DNA of 64,000 nucleotides from an uncultured Frankineae bacterium (GCA_902805775.1 CADCUB010000001.1:30234-94233), one strand, 5' to 3'; shown: positions 38,621-47,810, numbered from the stretch's first letter. Numbers and translations are program-made. Notes: generated by a model from the sequence alone, not told the origin.

Positions 38621-38700
38621 TGGGGCGGGCGGCCGGCGCCTGAGGCGGGCGGCCGGCGTCCGGGGCAGGCGGTCGGCGTCCGGGGCAGGCGGCCGGGGTG
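38621..38700. repeat. imperfect 20-bp tandem repeat, four copies
   Basis: Units: TGGGGCGGGCGGCCGGCGCC, TGAGGCGGGCGGCCGGCGTC, CGGGGCAGGCGGTCGGCGTC, CGGGGCAGGCGGCCGGGGTG. The array sits between the MerR gene stop (38709) and the riboswitch. Confidence 0.7.
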
Positions 38701-38708
38701 CGAGGCCG

Positions 38709-39344
38709 TCAGGCGGGGGTGCGGCGACGGCGGCGGGTGGCCAGCTCGTCAGGGGCAGCGGCCTCGGCGGCCTCGGCAGCGGCCGGCGTGGCGCGCTCCC
38801 CCGGCAGCGCGGCGAGCGTGCCCTCGACGTCGCGCACGTGCCGGCCGACGGCGATGGCGAACACGGCCTGCCCGCCCTGCAGCAGGTCGACCACCTCGTC
38901 GGTGGAGGTGCACTCGTAGACGGTGGTGCCGTCGCTCATCAGCGTGATCTGGGCGAGGTCGGCGACGCCGCGGTCGCGCAGGGTGGAGATGGCGGTACGG
39001 ATGTTCTGCAGGCTGATGCCCGCGTCGAGCAGCTTCTTGACGATCTTCAGGACGAGGATGTCGCGGAAGGAGTAGAGCCGCTGCGTGCCCGAGCCGGACG
39101 CCTCCCGCACGCTCGGCTCGACCAGTCCGGTCCGGGCCCAGTAGTCGAGCTGGCGGTAGGTGATGCCGGCGGCGCTGCAGGCCGTCGGACCGCGGTAGCC
39201 GATGTCGACCGGAGAGGCACCGGGGCGCTCGTCCTCGGGAAGGTCGTCGAACAGGGTGCCCTGCAGCACGAGCTCGGCGCGGCCGGCGTCGGCATCGGCG
39301 AGGGACAGCGCTCCGCCGGGCTCCGCTGAGCTGTCGTCCACCAC
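38709..39344 (-). CDS. MerR-family transcriptional regulator (Rv1830-like position)
   Basis: GTG 39344 (AGGAG 6 nt upstream) within ORF 38709..39419. HTH: ACSAAGITYRQLDYWARTGLVEPS...GSGTQRLYSFRDILVLKIVKKLLDAGISLQNIR. Confidence 0.85.
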   Translation of the reverse strand: MVDDSSAEPGGALSLADADAGRAELVLQGTLFDDLPEDERPGASPVDIGYRGPTACSAAGITYRQLDYWARTGLVEPSVREASGSGTQRLYSFRDILVLKIVKKLLDAGISLQNIRTAISTLRDRGVADLAQITLMSDGTTVYECTSTDEVVDLLQGGQAVFAIAVGRHVRDVEGTLAALPGERATPAAAEAAEAAAPDELATRRRRRTPA

Positions 39345-39499
39345 GTCGAGCTCCTGTCGTCGGTCCGGGTGGGGTCCCCGGCACGGGTGGCGGTCGTCGG
39401 GCGCTCCGCCGAGCGCCACGGGACGCTAGGGAGTGCGGTGTGCAGGGTCAACCACCGCACGACGGCGCGTCGAAAGCCTCGACCTCACGTCGAGGTCGA

Positions 39500-39997
39500 T
39501 CACGAGCCGCTCTCGAAGTCCTCCGGGCTGATCTGGTCGAGGAACTCGCGGAACTTCTCGACCTCGTCCTCCTGCTCGTCGGGGATGGCGATCCCCGCCT
39601 CCTCGAGGACGGCCGCCTGCGAGCGGATGGTGGCGCCGCTGCGCATGGCCAGCGCGATGGCGTCCGAGGGGCGGGCGCTGACCGTCACGCCGCCCTCGAA
39701 CGCCAGCTCGGCGTAGAAGACGCCCTCGCGCAGCTCGGTGATCGTGACGGTCTGCAGCGTGCGGTCGAAGGCCGCCAGCAGGTCCCGCATGAGGTCGTGG
39801 GTCATCGGCCGGGCGGTGACCACCCCTTGCTGGGCGAAGGCGATGGCCGTCGCCTCGACGGCCCCGATCCAGATCGGGAGGTAGCGGTCGCCGTCGACCT
39901 CCTTGAGCAGGACGATCGGCTGCTGACTGGGCAGCTCGACGCGGACGCCGACCACGCTCAGCTCGGACAGCGACGTGCCCTCACCGGCCTCGTCCAC
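39500..39997 (-). CDS. bifunctional-nuclease-family (DUF151) protein
   Basis: GTG 39997 (GGAGGAG upstream). VVGVRVELPSQQPIVLLKEVDGDRYLPIWIGAVEATAIAFAQQGV...RPMTHDLM is the DUF151 signature. Confidence 0.85.
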   Translation of the reverse strand: MDEAGEGTSLSELSVVGVRVELPSQQPIVLLKEVDGDRYLPIWIGAVEATAIAFAQQGVVTARPMTHDLMRDLLAAFDRTLQTVTITELREGVFYAELAFEGGVTVSARPSDAIALAMRSGATIRSQAAVLEEAGIAIPDEQEDEVEKFREFLDQISPEDFESGS

Positions 39998-40120
39998 GGG
40001 TCTCCTCCTCGACTGCACACGGGTCCTGGGAGCGCTCGCAGCCAGGGGTCGAGCCTACTCCGACCGTGCCCACCCCGTCGCCGCCCGACCGCGCAGCGGA
40101 CGGCGCGACCGACGGCCGGC

Positions 40121-40879
40121 TCAGCGCCGCAGACCCGGCCCGAGGCCGGCGCGGACCAGCGTCGCGTGCAGCTTGACGGACAGCGCGGCCAGCTCCCGCG
40201 CCACCTCCTCGGCGCGGGCCCGGGCCTCGGGGTTGCGCTGGCGCACCAGCGGGGTGACCACCTGCTCGACCAGGCCGATCTCGCGCTCGGCGGCCGACTT
40301 GAACATGCGCAGGTGGCGGGCCTCGATGCCGAAGCGGGACATCTCGGCGACCGTCTTGGCCACCACCAGCGCGTCACCGTCGTAGTGGCTGCCGCCCGCG
40401 CGCGGGGTGATCAGGCCGAACTGCTCGAGCTGGTCGAGCTGCTCGGGCTGCAGCCCCGCGGCCGACAGCAGCTCCTTGCGCGACAGCCGCACCTCGCTGA
40501 GCTCGGGCGCGAACGCCTCGGCGCTCGGCAGCCCCTCGGCCGCGACGAGCGCCCGCGGCACCTTCGGCCCGCCCGGACCGGCCGCCGGCGGCTCCAGGCC
40601 GCGGTCGATCGCCTCGAGGTGCTCCTTGATCACCCGCAGCGGCAGGTAGTGGTCACGCTGGGCGGTCAGCACGTAGCGCAGGCGGCTGAGGTCCTCGCGG
40701 GAGAACTTGCGGTAGCCCGACGCCGTGCGCTCGGGCTCGACCAGTCCCTCAGCCTCGAGGAAGCGGATCTTCGAGATGGTGATGTCGGAGAAGTCGGGGC
40801 GGAGCTGCCCCAGCACCTCGCCGATGCTCATGAACGCCCGGGCCGGTGCGGCCCCGGCAGCGCCGAGGCCTGCGCTCAC
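40121..40879 (-). CDS. MerR-family regulator, FtsR/Rv1828-like
   Basis: 252 aa. MSIGEVLGQLRPDFSDITISKIRFLEAEGLVEPERTASGYRKFS.EDL.RLRYVL..QRD.YLPLRVIK is the conserved HTH of this family. GTG 40879 overlaps the upstream stop as GTGA. Alternative start at ATG 40831. Confidence 0.85.
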   Translation of the reverse strand: MSAGLGAAGAAPARAFMSIGEVLGQLRPDFSDITISKIRFLEAEGLVEPERTASGYRKFSREDLSRLRYVLTAQRDHYLPLRVIKEHLEAIDRGLEPPAAGPGGPKVPRALVAAEGLPSAEAFAPELSEVRLSRKELLSAAGLQPEQLDQLEQFGLITPRAGGSHYDGDALVVAKTVAEMSRFGIEARHLRMFKSAAEREIGLVEQVVTPLVRQRNPEARARAEEVARELAALSVKLHATLVRAGLGPGLRR

Positions 40880-41397
40880 CCTTCGCCTCCGCGCCCGCCC
40901 ACGAGGAACACCAGCCGGTACTTGCCGATCTGCACCTCGTCGCCGCCCGCCAGGGCCGCCACCTCGATCCGCTCCCGGTTGAGGTAGGTGCCGTTGAGGC
41001 TGCCGACGTCCCGCACCACGAAGCTCCCGCGCTCGCGCACGAACTCCGCGTGCCGGCGCGAGACCGTCACGTCGTCGAGGAAGATGTCGGACTCGGGGTG
41101 GCGACCGGCCGTGGTCGTCTCGTCGTCGAGCAGGAAGCGGCTGCCGGCGTTCGGGCCGCGCTTGACGACGAGCAGAGCGCTGCCCGGAGGCAGAGCCTCG
41201 AGGGCGCCGGTGTCCGGGGCCCCCTCGACCGGCGCCTGCGGCGGCTCGTGCTCGAGGGCCCCCTCGAGCGCGGACAGCGAGATGGTCGAGGTGGTCTCGA
41301 CGGCACGCTCACCGCCCGTCCGGGACAGCGCCGCACCGCAGCTGGCGCAGAACCGGCTGCCGTCAGGGTTCTGATGGCCGCACTGGGTGCAGAACAC
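40876..41397 (-). CDS. FHA-domain protein of the GarA/OdhI type with an added N-terminal zinc ribbon
   Basis: 173 aa. CTQCGHQNPDGSRFCASCG (CxxC-x10-CxxC), then an ETTS motif (AVETTSTIS), then the FHA core (GRHPESDIFLDDVTVSRRHAEF..., VRDVGSLNGTYLN). Confidence 0.88.
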   Translation of the reverse strand: MFCTQCGHQNPDGSRFCASCGAALSRTGGERAVETTSTISLSALEGALEHEPPQAPVEGAPDTGALEALPPGSALLVVKRGPNAGSRFLLDDETTTAGRHPESDIFLDDVTVSRRHAEFVRERGSFVVRDVGSLNGTYLNRERIEVAALAGGDEVQIGKYRLVFLVGGRGGEG

Positions 41398-41528
41398 GGT
41401 CTGGACCGCCTCCCGACAGGGGTTGGAGCCCGGAGGACCCGGGAGTGGCAGCGAACCTAGTCGGCCCGGTCACGGAGGGTCAATCGAGCATGGAGACTTC
41501 GCCCGTACCCTCAGGCAGAGGTCGAGAC

Positions 41529-41933
41529 TCAGGCCTGGGCGAGCAGCGCGGCGTACGCGTCGGCGTCCAGCAGGCCGTCCGCCGCCAGCGCGGTCGAGAC
41601 GCCGCCGGTCGGCGCGATCTCCACCAGCCAGCCCTCGCCCAGGGGGTCGGCGTTGACCACCTCGGGCGAGGTGTCGAGCTGGTCGTTCGTCGCCGTGACG
41701 GTGCCCGCGACCGGCGCGTAGACGTCGGAGACGCTCTTGGTGCTCTCCACCTCGCCGAAGGCCTGACCCGCGGTCACCTCCGTGCCGACCGCGGGCAGCG
41801 TCACGAAGACGATGTCGCCCAGCGCCTCCTGCGCGTAGGGCGTGATGCCCACCCGCAGCACCGCGTCGTCGCCCTCGCCCACCACCGCGATCCACTCGTG
41901 CTCGGCGGTGTAGCGCAGGTCCTCGGTCGGCAC
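41529..41933 (-). CDS. gcvH: glycine cleavage system H protein
   Basis: 134 aa. YTAEHEWI, GITPYAQEALGDIVFV and the lipoyl-lysine motif GEVESTKSVSDVYAPV are present. Confidence 0.93.
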   Translation of the reverse strand: MPTEDLRYTAEHEWIAVVGEGDDAVLRVGITPYAQEALGDIVFVTLPAVGTEVTAGQAFGEVESTKSVSDVYAPVAGTVTATNDQLDTSPEVVNADPLGEGWLVEIAPTGGVSTALAADGLLDADAYAALLAQA

Positions 41934-41968
41934 GGGAGCTCCTCTGAACGGCCGGGCGGGCGCCCCGG

Positions 41969-42715
41969 TCAGGGCGTCGGGCGAGCGTAACGAGGCGGTT
42001 CGAGCCGTCGCAAGGCGCCCACCTCCACCGCCGAGCTGCGGTCGACGATCGCCCGGCCGCCCAGCTGCTCGACGACGTCGACGACGCCGCCGGGGATGCG
42101 CAGCGCGGACACCAGGGTCGCCGGGTCGCCGATGACGACGAAGCGGTACGGCGGCAGCAGGCGCTCACCGTCGACGGCGATGCCGCCCTCGTCCCCCGCG
42201 ACGAAGGAGGTGCTGGCCACGACCCGCACCTGCACGTCCCGGGTGCCCTCGCCGGCGCGGCCCTCGACCTGCACCGCCTCGGCCCCGGCCGCCCGCAGCT
42301 CCTGCAGCGCGCTGAGCAGGACGTCGGGGCCGAGGATGCCGTCGGGGTCGGTCATCGTCAGCCGGATGCCCGGCCCGGTCGCGGGCACGGTCCCGGCCAG
42401 CACGCCCAGCAGCTGCGTGCGACGGCGGGCCTCCTCCAGCGCGGCGGAGGTGCGGCCGGTGCCGCTGGTCAGCTCCTGGCGGGTCTGCTCGAGGGCGGCC
42501 ACCTCCGCACGCAGGCGCGCGTCCCGGTTGTCGAGGTCGTCGATGATCTGCACCAGGTCCTCCTGGCGGGCGGCCGCGAGCGGTCCCTCCTCCTGGGTGG
42601 TGCGGACCTGCACCACCGCGGCGAAGCCGAGCAGCCCGAGCAGCAGCGCCACCGCGACGTCGACCCGGCGCATGCGCGGCACGAGCAGGCCGCCGGGTCG
42701 CCCGGGCCGGCTCAC
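41969..42715 (-). CDS. DUF881 domain-containing membrane protein
   Basis: 248 aa. One TM helix, a coiled-coil stretch, then GPGIRLTMTD...LLSALQELRAAGAEAVQV...PPYRFVVIGDP. GTGA overlap with the upstream gene. Confidence 0.85.
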   Translation of the reverse strand: MSRPGRPGGLLVPRMRRVDVAVALLLGLLGFAAVVQVRTTQEEGPLAAARQEDLVQIIDDLDNRDARLRAEVAALEQTRQELTSGTGRTSAALEEARRRTQLLGVLAGTVPATGPGIRLTMTDPDGILGPDVLLSALQELRAAGAEAVQVEGRAGEGTRDVQVRVVASTSFVAGDEGGIAVDGERLLPPYRFVVIGDPATLVSALRIPGGVVDVVEQLGGRAIVDRSSAVEVGALRRLEPPRYARPTP

Positions 42716-43044
42716 GCGGAGAACACCCGTCGGCGGATGGCGGCGGCGTTGCTGAAGATCCGGATGCCGAGGACGACCACGACACCCGTCGAGAGCTGGC
42801 CGCCCACGCCCAGCTGGTCACCCAGGAACACGACCAGCGCGGCGACCAGGACGTTGCTCACGAAGGAGACGACGAAGACCTTGTCGTCGAAGATCCCTTC
42901 CAGCTGGGCCCGGACCGCGCCGAAGACCGCGTCGAGCGCGGCGACCACGGCGATGGGCAGGTAGGGCTGCAGAGCCACCGGAACGGTGGGCTCGAGGACC
43001 AGCCCGAGCGCCACGCCGAGCACCAGTGCGAGCGCCGGGATCAC
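42712..43044 (-). CDS. small basic membrane protein (DUF1290-like)
   Basis: Only the last 110 codons of track ORF 42712..45843 are credible: VIPALALVLGVALGLVLEPTVPVALQPYLPIAVVAALDAVFGAVRAQLEGIFDDKVF.... GTG 43044 overlaps the upstream stop as GTGA. Confidence 0.8.
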   Translation of the reverse strand: MIPALALVLGVALGLVLEPTVPVALQPYLPIAVVAALDAVFGAVRAQLEGIFDDKVFVVSFVSNVLVAALVVFLGDQLGVGGQLSTGVVVVLGIRIFSNAAAIRRRVFSA

Positions 43045-44060
43045 GACGGCGGCTCCTCGACCGTGGACGCGGACGGCTGCGGTCGCCCGGCAGCGGTCAG
43101 GGACGGCTGGGGCCCGTCGACAGCCGACCCGGACGCCTGCGGGTCCGGAGCCGCCGCGACGGACGGCCGCGGTGTGGCCTCGCGCAGCCGTGGGGTGCCG
43201 GCGGCGCGCAGTGCGAGCTCGTCGGCGCGGCGCACCTCGGACCGCAGGCCGTACAGCGAGGTCAGCGTCGTGAGTCGCCGTCCGCTCGGCCCGTCGACGA
43301 AGCCGACCTCGAGGCGGGCGGGGTCGCCGACGGCCTCCACGACGTACGGCGGGGACAGCGGACGCAGGTCGACCAGGATCGACTCGCCGGCGTTGCGGAT
43401 GGCCGACAGCGTCGTCAGGCGCTGACGGTTGACCGCCACCGCCTCCGCCCCGGCCGCCCACAGGCCGTTGACGACGTCCTGCAGGTCGGCGTCGCTCACC
43501 CGGCCCTCGGGCACGGTGCCGCCCCGCAACGGGTCGGGCCCCTCCGGGTCCGGCTCGTCGGCGTCGTCGACGGTCACGACGACGCCCGGCCCCCGCACGG
43601 CGGTGGTCGCGCTGGCGGCGCCGACCGCCTCGAGGCGGCGTACGGCGGCCCGGCCGGCGGCGTCGGCGCCGAGCGCCTGCTCGCGCACCGCAGCGACCTC
43701 GTCCCGCAGCCGGGCGACCTGGGCCGCCAGGGCGTCGCTGCGGGCGGTGCGCTCGGCGACCTCGGCGGCGAGCTCCCCCCGCAGGCCCTGGTCGGCGGAG
43801 GAGCGGTCCCGGACCTGCGCGACGGCGGTTCCGGTCACGACGCCGAGGACCACCAGTGCGACGAGCGACACCGGACCGGAGCGCCGCCCCGTCGGCGGTC
43901 CGGTCGCGGGAGCCGGCGCCCCGCGCGCCGCCCGCTCGGCGTAGCCCGCGTCGAGCGTGTCCTGCATCATGTCGACCAGCAGGGACATCGAGCTGTCGGG
44001 CCGGTGCGGCCGCGACCCGGCGGCGGGCGGCCGTGCGCTCGCGGGTGCCTCGGTCCTCAC
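43041..44060 (-). CDS. DUF881 domain-containing membrane protein (second paralog)
   Basis: 339 aa. TM helix LVALVVLGVVTGTAV, coiled coil, then GPGVVVTVDD...DLQDVVNGLWAAGAEAVAVN...PPYVVEAVGDP. Ala/Pro-rich C-terminal tail. The start could be ATG 43988. Confidence 0.82.
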   Translation of the reverse strand: MRTEAPASARPPAAGSRPHRPDSSMSLLVDMMQDTLDAGYAERAARGAPAPATGPPTGRRSGPVSLVALVVLGVVTGTAVAQVRDRSSADQGLRGELAAEVAERTARSDALAAQVARLRDEVAAVREQALGADAAGRAAVRRLEAVGAASATTAVRGPGVVVTVDDADEPDPEGPDPLRGGTVPEGRVSDADLQDVVNGLWAAGAEAVAVNRQRLTTLSAIRNAGESILVDLRPLSPPYVVEAVGDPARLEVGFVDGPSGRRLTTLTSLYGLRSEVRRADELALRAAGTPRLREATPRPSVAAAPDPQASGSAVDGPQPSLTAAGRPQPSASTVEEPPS

Positions 44061-44147
44061 GGGCCCATCCTGCCCCAGGAGGGCAGCGGCGGGCGGTCCC
44101 GCGAGTGCTGCGCGCGCCGGGCCGCCGGGCTCGTCCGGCCGACCTGC

Positions 44148-46646
44148 TCAGGGCGCCGTCGCCTCCACGACCTCGGCCCACTGCGTCATCAGCTCGGTCG
44201 CCTGCCCGAGGTCGCTGCCCTCCGCCCAGACGTGGGTGAGCGCCTCGGCGGGGTCGGGCAGGACGAGCGCCCATCCTCCGGCGGCCTCGACGACGCGCAC
44301 GCCGTCGGTCGTGTCGACCTCCCGGTCGCCCGCGGCGGCCACCACGGTCCGCATGACCGCCCCCTTGACCGCCCACGGCGTCGGCACCGAGCGGCGGACC
44401 AGGTGGGCCTGCGGGATGCGGGCGTCGATCTGCGACAGCGTGAGTCGCGTGCGGGCCACCAGCCCCAGCAGGCGGACGAGCGCCGCGATGCCGTCGACGG
44501 CGGCCGAGAACTCCGGCAGGACGAAGCCGCCGCGGCCGTCGCCGCCGAACACGACCCCCGGGCCCGCCGCGGCCCGGGTGAGGTCGTCGGGGGTCGTCGA
44601 GGTCCACAGGATCTCGGTGCCGTGGAAGCGCGTCACCTGCTCGGCGACGCGGGTCGTCGTGACGGGCAGGGCGATGCGTCCGCCGCGCCGCTCCGCGGCG
44701 ACGAGGTCCAGCAGCACGAGCAGGGCGCGGTCGTCGGAGATGGCCCGACCGCGCTCGTCGACCAGCGAGAGCCGCTCCCCGACGTGGTCGAACCGGACCC
44801 CGAACGCCGCCCTGGAGCTCGAGACGAGCTCCCCCAGCCGCTCGAGGTCGCGCATCCGGTCGACGACGGTCTCGCTGCTGGCGGTCTCGCTCAACCTGTT
44901 GTTGACGGTGAGGACCTCGACGTCGAGTCGGCCGAGCAGCGAGGGCAGGACCAGGGAGACCGCTCCGCCGGCGGTGTCGAGCACGACCTTCATGCCCGCG
45001 CCCTGCAGCCCGCGCACGTCGATGGTCCGCAGGAGCTCCTGCACGTAGGTCTCCACCGTGCGGGAGGGGAAGCTGAGCTCGGCGATCTCGCCCGGGAACG
45101 CACGGCGGAACTCCTGGCGGCTGACCACCCGCTCGAGCGCGCGCCGTCGAGCCGGCGAGAGGTCCGCGCCGTCGGCGTCGAGGAAGACGATGTCGATCGA
45201 CTCGGGGTCGCCCGGGCTGGTGCGCAGCACCACCCCGCCGACCGCGCCGGTCTCGCGGGTCTGGAAGCGGGTCACCGGCAGGGGCGTGACCTCGAGGTCC
45301 TGCACGTCGATGGCGCTGGCGGTCAGGGCCGAGACGACCGCGCGCTTGAGGGCCCGCCCTGCCCGGGAGGCGTCGCGGGCGGTGATCACGGTGCTGCCCT
45401 TGGGCAGGGTCGTCGCGTACGCGGACGCCAGGCGCACCACGAACTCGGGAGTGATCTCGACGTTGACCAGCCCCGACACCCCCCGCGGGCCGAACAGCGA
45501 GGACGAGCCGCGGCTCTCCCAGATGACGCTGGTGTGGACGACCGCGCCGGCCTCGATCGTCTTGAACGGGTAGACCTTGACGCCGTCGGCGAGGTAGGCC
45601 TCCTCCTCCACGACGCACTCGTCGCCGACGACCGCCCCCTCCTCGATCCGCGCAGCGCGCATGACGTCGGTGTTCTTGCCGATCACGCAGCCGCGCAGCC
45701 CGACCTGCGGGCCGACGAAGACGTTGTCGTGGACGACGGCCCGCTCCAGCACCGCGCCGCCCTTGACCACGACGTTGTCGCCCAGGACCGTCAGCGGGCG
45801 CAGCTGCACGCCGGCCTCCACCTTCACGTGCCGGCCGATGCACAGCGGGCCGGTCAGCTTCGCCTCGGGGTCGATGTCGGCGCCCTCCCCCACCCAGACC
45901 CGGGGCGCCACCTCGAAGCCGTCGATCTCGACGTCGACCCGACGGTGCAGGACGTCGCCCTGCGCCCGCACGTAGGAGTCGAGGCTGCCGATGTCCTCCC
46001 AGTAGCCCTCGGCGACGTGGCCGTACACCGGAGCTCCGCGGGCCAGCAGCGCCGGGAACACCTCCCCCGACCAGTCCACCGGGCGGCCGGGCTCGACGTG
46101 CGCGAAGACCTCGGGCTCCATGACGTAGATGCCGGTGTTGACGGTGTCGCTGAAGACCTGGCCCCAGGTCGGCTTCTCCAGGAAGCGCTCGATGCGCCCG
46201 TCGTCGGTCTGGATGACGATGCCGAACTCGAGGGGGTCGGGCACCCGGGTGAGGCAGACGGTGACCAGGGCGCCGGCGGAGCGGTGGGCCCGTACGAGCT
46301 CTCCGAGGTCGATGTCGGTCAGGGCGTCGCCGGAGATCACCAGGAAGGCGTCGTCGTGCAGGGCGGAGGAGGCGTTGCGGACCGACCCGGCCGTGCCGAG
46401 CGGGCTCTCCTCGGTGGCGTACGACAGGTGCATGCCGAGCTCCTCGCCGTCACCGAAGTAGGTGCGCACGAGGCTGGCGAGGAACTGCACGGTCACGACG
46501 GTCTCGTCGAAGCCGTGCCGCTTCAGCAGCCGCAGGACGTGCTCCATGATCGGCCGGTTGGCGACGGGGAGCAGCGGCTTGGGCTGGTTGGCGGTCATCG
46601 GCCGCAGGCGGGTGCCCTCGCCCCCCGCCATGACGACGGCCTTCAC
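44148..46646 (-). CDS. fusion protein: sugar-1-phosphate nucleotidyltransferase (ManC-like) plus left-handed beta-helix plus phosphohexomutase-like domain
   Basis: 832 aa. N-terminus VKAVVMAGGEGTRLRPMT..QPKPLLPV, followed by hexapeptide repeats and a PGM/PMM-like C-terminal half. Confidence 0.85.
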   Translation of the reverse strand: MKAVVMAGGEGTRLRPMTANQPKPLLPVANRPIMEHVLRLLKRHGFDETVVTVQFLASLVRTYFGDGEELGMHLSYATEESPLGTAGSVRNASSALHDDAFLVISGDALTDIDLGELVRAHRSAGALVTVCLTRVPDPLEFGIVIQTDDGRIERFLEKPTWGQVFSDTVNTGIYVMEPEVFAHVEPGRPVDWSGEVFPALLARGAPVYGHVAEGYWEDIGSLDSYVRAQGDVLHRRVDVEIDGFEVAPRVWVGEGADIDPEAKLTGPLCIGRHVKVEAGVQLRPLTVLGDNVVVKGGAVLERAVVHDNVFVGPQVGLRGCVIGKNTDVMRAARIEEGAVVGDECVVEEEAYLADGVKVYPFKTIEAGAVVHTSVIWESRGSSSLFGPRGVSGLVNVEITPEFVVRLASAYATTLPKGSTVITARDASRAGRALKRAVVSALTASAIDVQDLEVTPLPVTRFQTRETGAVGGVVLRTSPGDPESIDIVFLDADGADLSPARRRALERVVSRQEFRRAFPGEIAELSFPSRTVETYVQELLRTIDVRGLQGAGMKVVLDTAGGAVSLVLPSLLGRLDVEVLTVNNRLSETASSETVVDRMRDLERLGELVSSSRAAFGVRFDHVGERLSLVDERGRAISDDRALLVLLDLVAAERRGGRIALPVTTTRVAEQVTRFHGTEILWTSTTPDDLTRAAAGPGVVFGGDGRGGFVLPEFSAAVDGIAALVRLLGLVARTRLTLSQIDARIPQAHLVRRSVPTPWAVKGAVMRTVVAAAGDREVDTTDGVRVVEAAGGWALVLPDPAEALTHVWAEGSDLGQATELMTQWAEVVEATAP

Positions 46647-46685
46647 GCGCCGTTCCTCAAGGACCCGCCACCCGCGGCCCGGCCG

Positions 46686-47378
46686 TCATCGTCCCGGGGT
46701 CCCCGTCCCGGTGCGCGGCGAGCCTGCGCCTCCGGCGTCCGCCGACCGCGGCGTCGTCGTCACGGCGGCGGCCTCGGCGCGCTCGGCGAGGACCAGCTGG
46801 CGGACCTGCACGACGTACAGGACGCCGGACCACAGGTAGAGCGCGCTCCCCCAGGCGGCGAACGCCCAGCCCATGGGGCGGAAGACGGTCGCGAGCAGGT
46901 CGTCGTTGGACGGCAGGGCCGCCAGCAGCATCGGGAACGCGTAGAGCAGGTTGAAGGTGGCCGCCTTGCCGAGGAAGTGCACCGGCAGCGGCCCGTAGCC
47001 GTGGCGCCGCAGGAACGGGATGGTCGGGGTGAGCGCGACGTCGCGTCCGATGAGCACCAGCGCCCACCACAGCGGCAGCCCGTCACGGGCCACCAGGGCC
47101 AGCAGGGTCGCGAGGATGTAGAGCCGGTCGGCGAGCGGGTCGAGCAGCTGCCCCAGGCGGGTGAAGCTGTTCCAGCGGCGGGCGATCATCCCGTCGAAGT
47201 AGTCGCTGGCGCCCGCCGCCATGAGCAGCAGGATGGCGCGGCCGTCGTGCTGCGCGACCAGCGCCCAGTAGAGGAACAGCGGGACACCGGCGAGCCGGAG
47301 CATCGACAGGACGTTGGGGACCGTCCAGACGCGGTTCGACAGGTGCGCGGCGGGAGGAGCCACCAGCCGCTCCGCCAT
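46686..47378 (-). CDS. CDP-alcohol phosphatidyltransferase (PgsA2/cardiolipin-synthase-like position)
   Basis: 230 aa. Motif DYFDGMIARRWNSFTRLGQLLDPLADR matches D(x)2DG(x)2AR...G(x)3D(x)3D. Multiple TM segments. Confidence 0.88.
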   Translation of the reverse strand: MAERLVAPPAAHLSNRVWTVPNVLSMLRLAGVPLFLYWALVAQHDGRAILLLMAAGASDYFDGMIARRWNSFTRLGQLLDPLADRLYILATLLALVARDGLPLWWALVLIGRDVALTPTIPFLRRHGYGPLPVHFLGKAATFNLLYAFPMLLAALPSNDDLLATVFRPMGWAFAAWGSALYLWSGVLYVVQVRQLVLAERAEAAAVTTTPRSADAGGAGSPRTGTGTPGR

Positions 47379-47524
47379 GCCGGCACTTCCTTCCGGTCTC
47401 CCGCCGACCGCGTCCGGTCGCCGTGAGGCGACCCTATCGGGGCCGACGGCACCGCGTGCCGCTGCGCAGCGGGGCGTGCGTCACCACTCCGCCTCGCGCG
47501 CGGAGCGTGCGGGAGTCCGGCGGC

Positions 47525-47710
47525 TCAGCTGGCGAGGACGCCGCGCTCGCCCAGCTCGTCGAGCAGGCCCAGCGCCGCGAGCAGCTCGCGGGCGTCGTCG
47601 ACGTCGGTGGCGTAGCCGCAGACGGCCAGAGCAGCGCGCCGCAGGTCCGCCGGCGTCAGTCCGGTGGCCGGGTCGGCGACGAGCGAGGTGGTGCGGTCGA
47701 GGTCCTGCAT
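47525..47710 (-). CDS. hypothetical small protein (61 aa)
   Basis: Internal ATG 47710 of ORF 47525..47872, with GGAGGA 6 nt upstream. Sequence: MQDLDRTTSLVADPATGLTPADLRRAALAVCGYATDVDDARELLAALGLLDELGERGVLAS. No family recognised. Confidence 0.45.
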   Translation of the reverse strand: MQDLDRTTSLVADPATGLTPADLRRAALAVCGYATDVDDARELLAALGLLDELGERGVLAS

Positions 47711-47810
47711 GGTGTCCTCCGGTGTCGGTGTGCGGATCGCCTGGTGCAACCTGTCGGTCGATGCGCCGATGCCCTTGACCGACGTGTCGCGCGACACGTC
47801 CGCCGGCCGG

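Noticed and set aside
38621-38700. Considered as a CRISPR array or a coding Gly/Arg repeat
   Set aside because: There are no spacers. Track ORFs 38588..38947 and 38607..39329 over it are low-complexity and antisense to the MerR gene.
42712-45843. 1043-aa minus-strand ORF
   Set aside because: Only the last 110 codons (the small basic membrane protein) look like protein. The rest is Arg/Gly/Pro junk running out of frame across the DUF881 and nucleotidyltransferase genes.
43026-47426. 1466-aa plus-strand ORF
   Set aside because: It is antisense to four well-supported minus-strand genes. It is Arg/Gly/Asp/Pro-rich with no recognisable domain.
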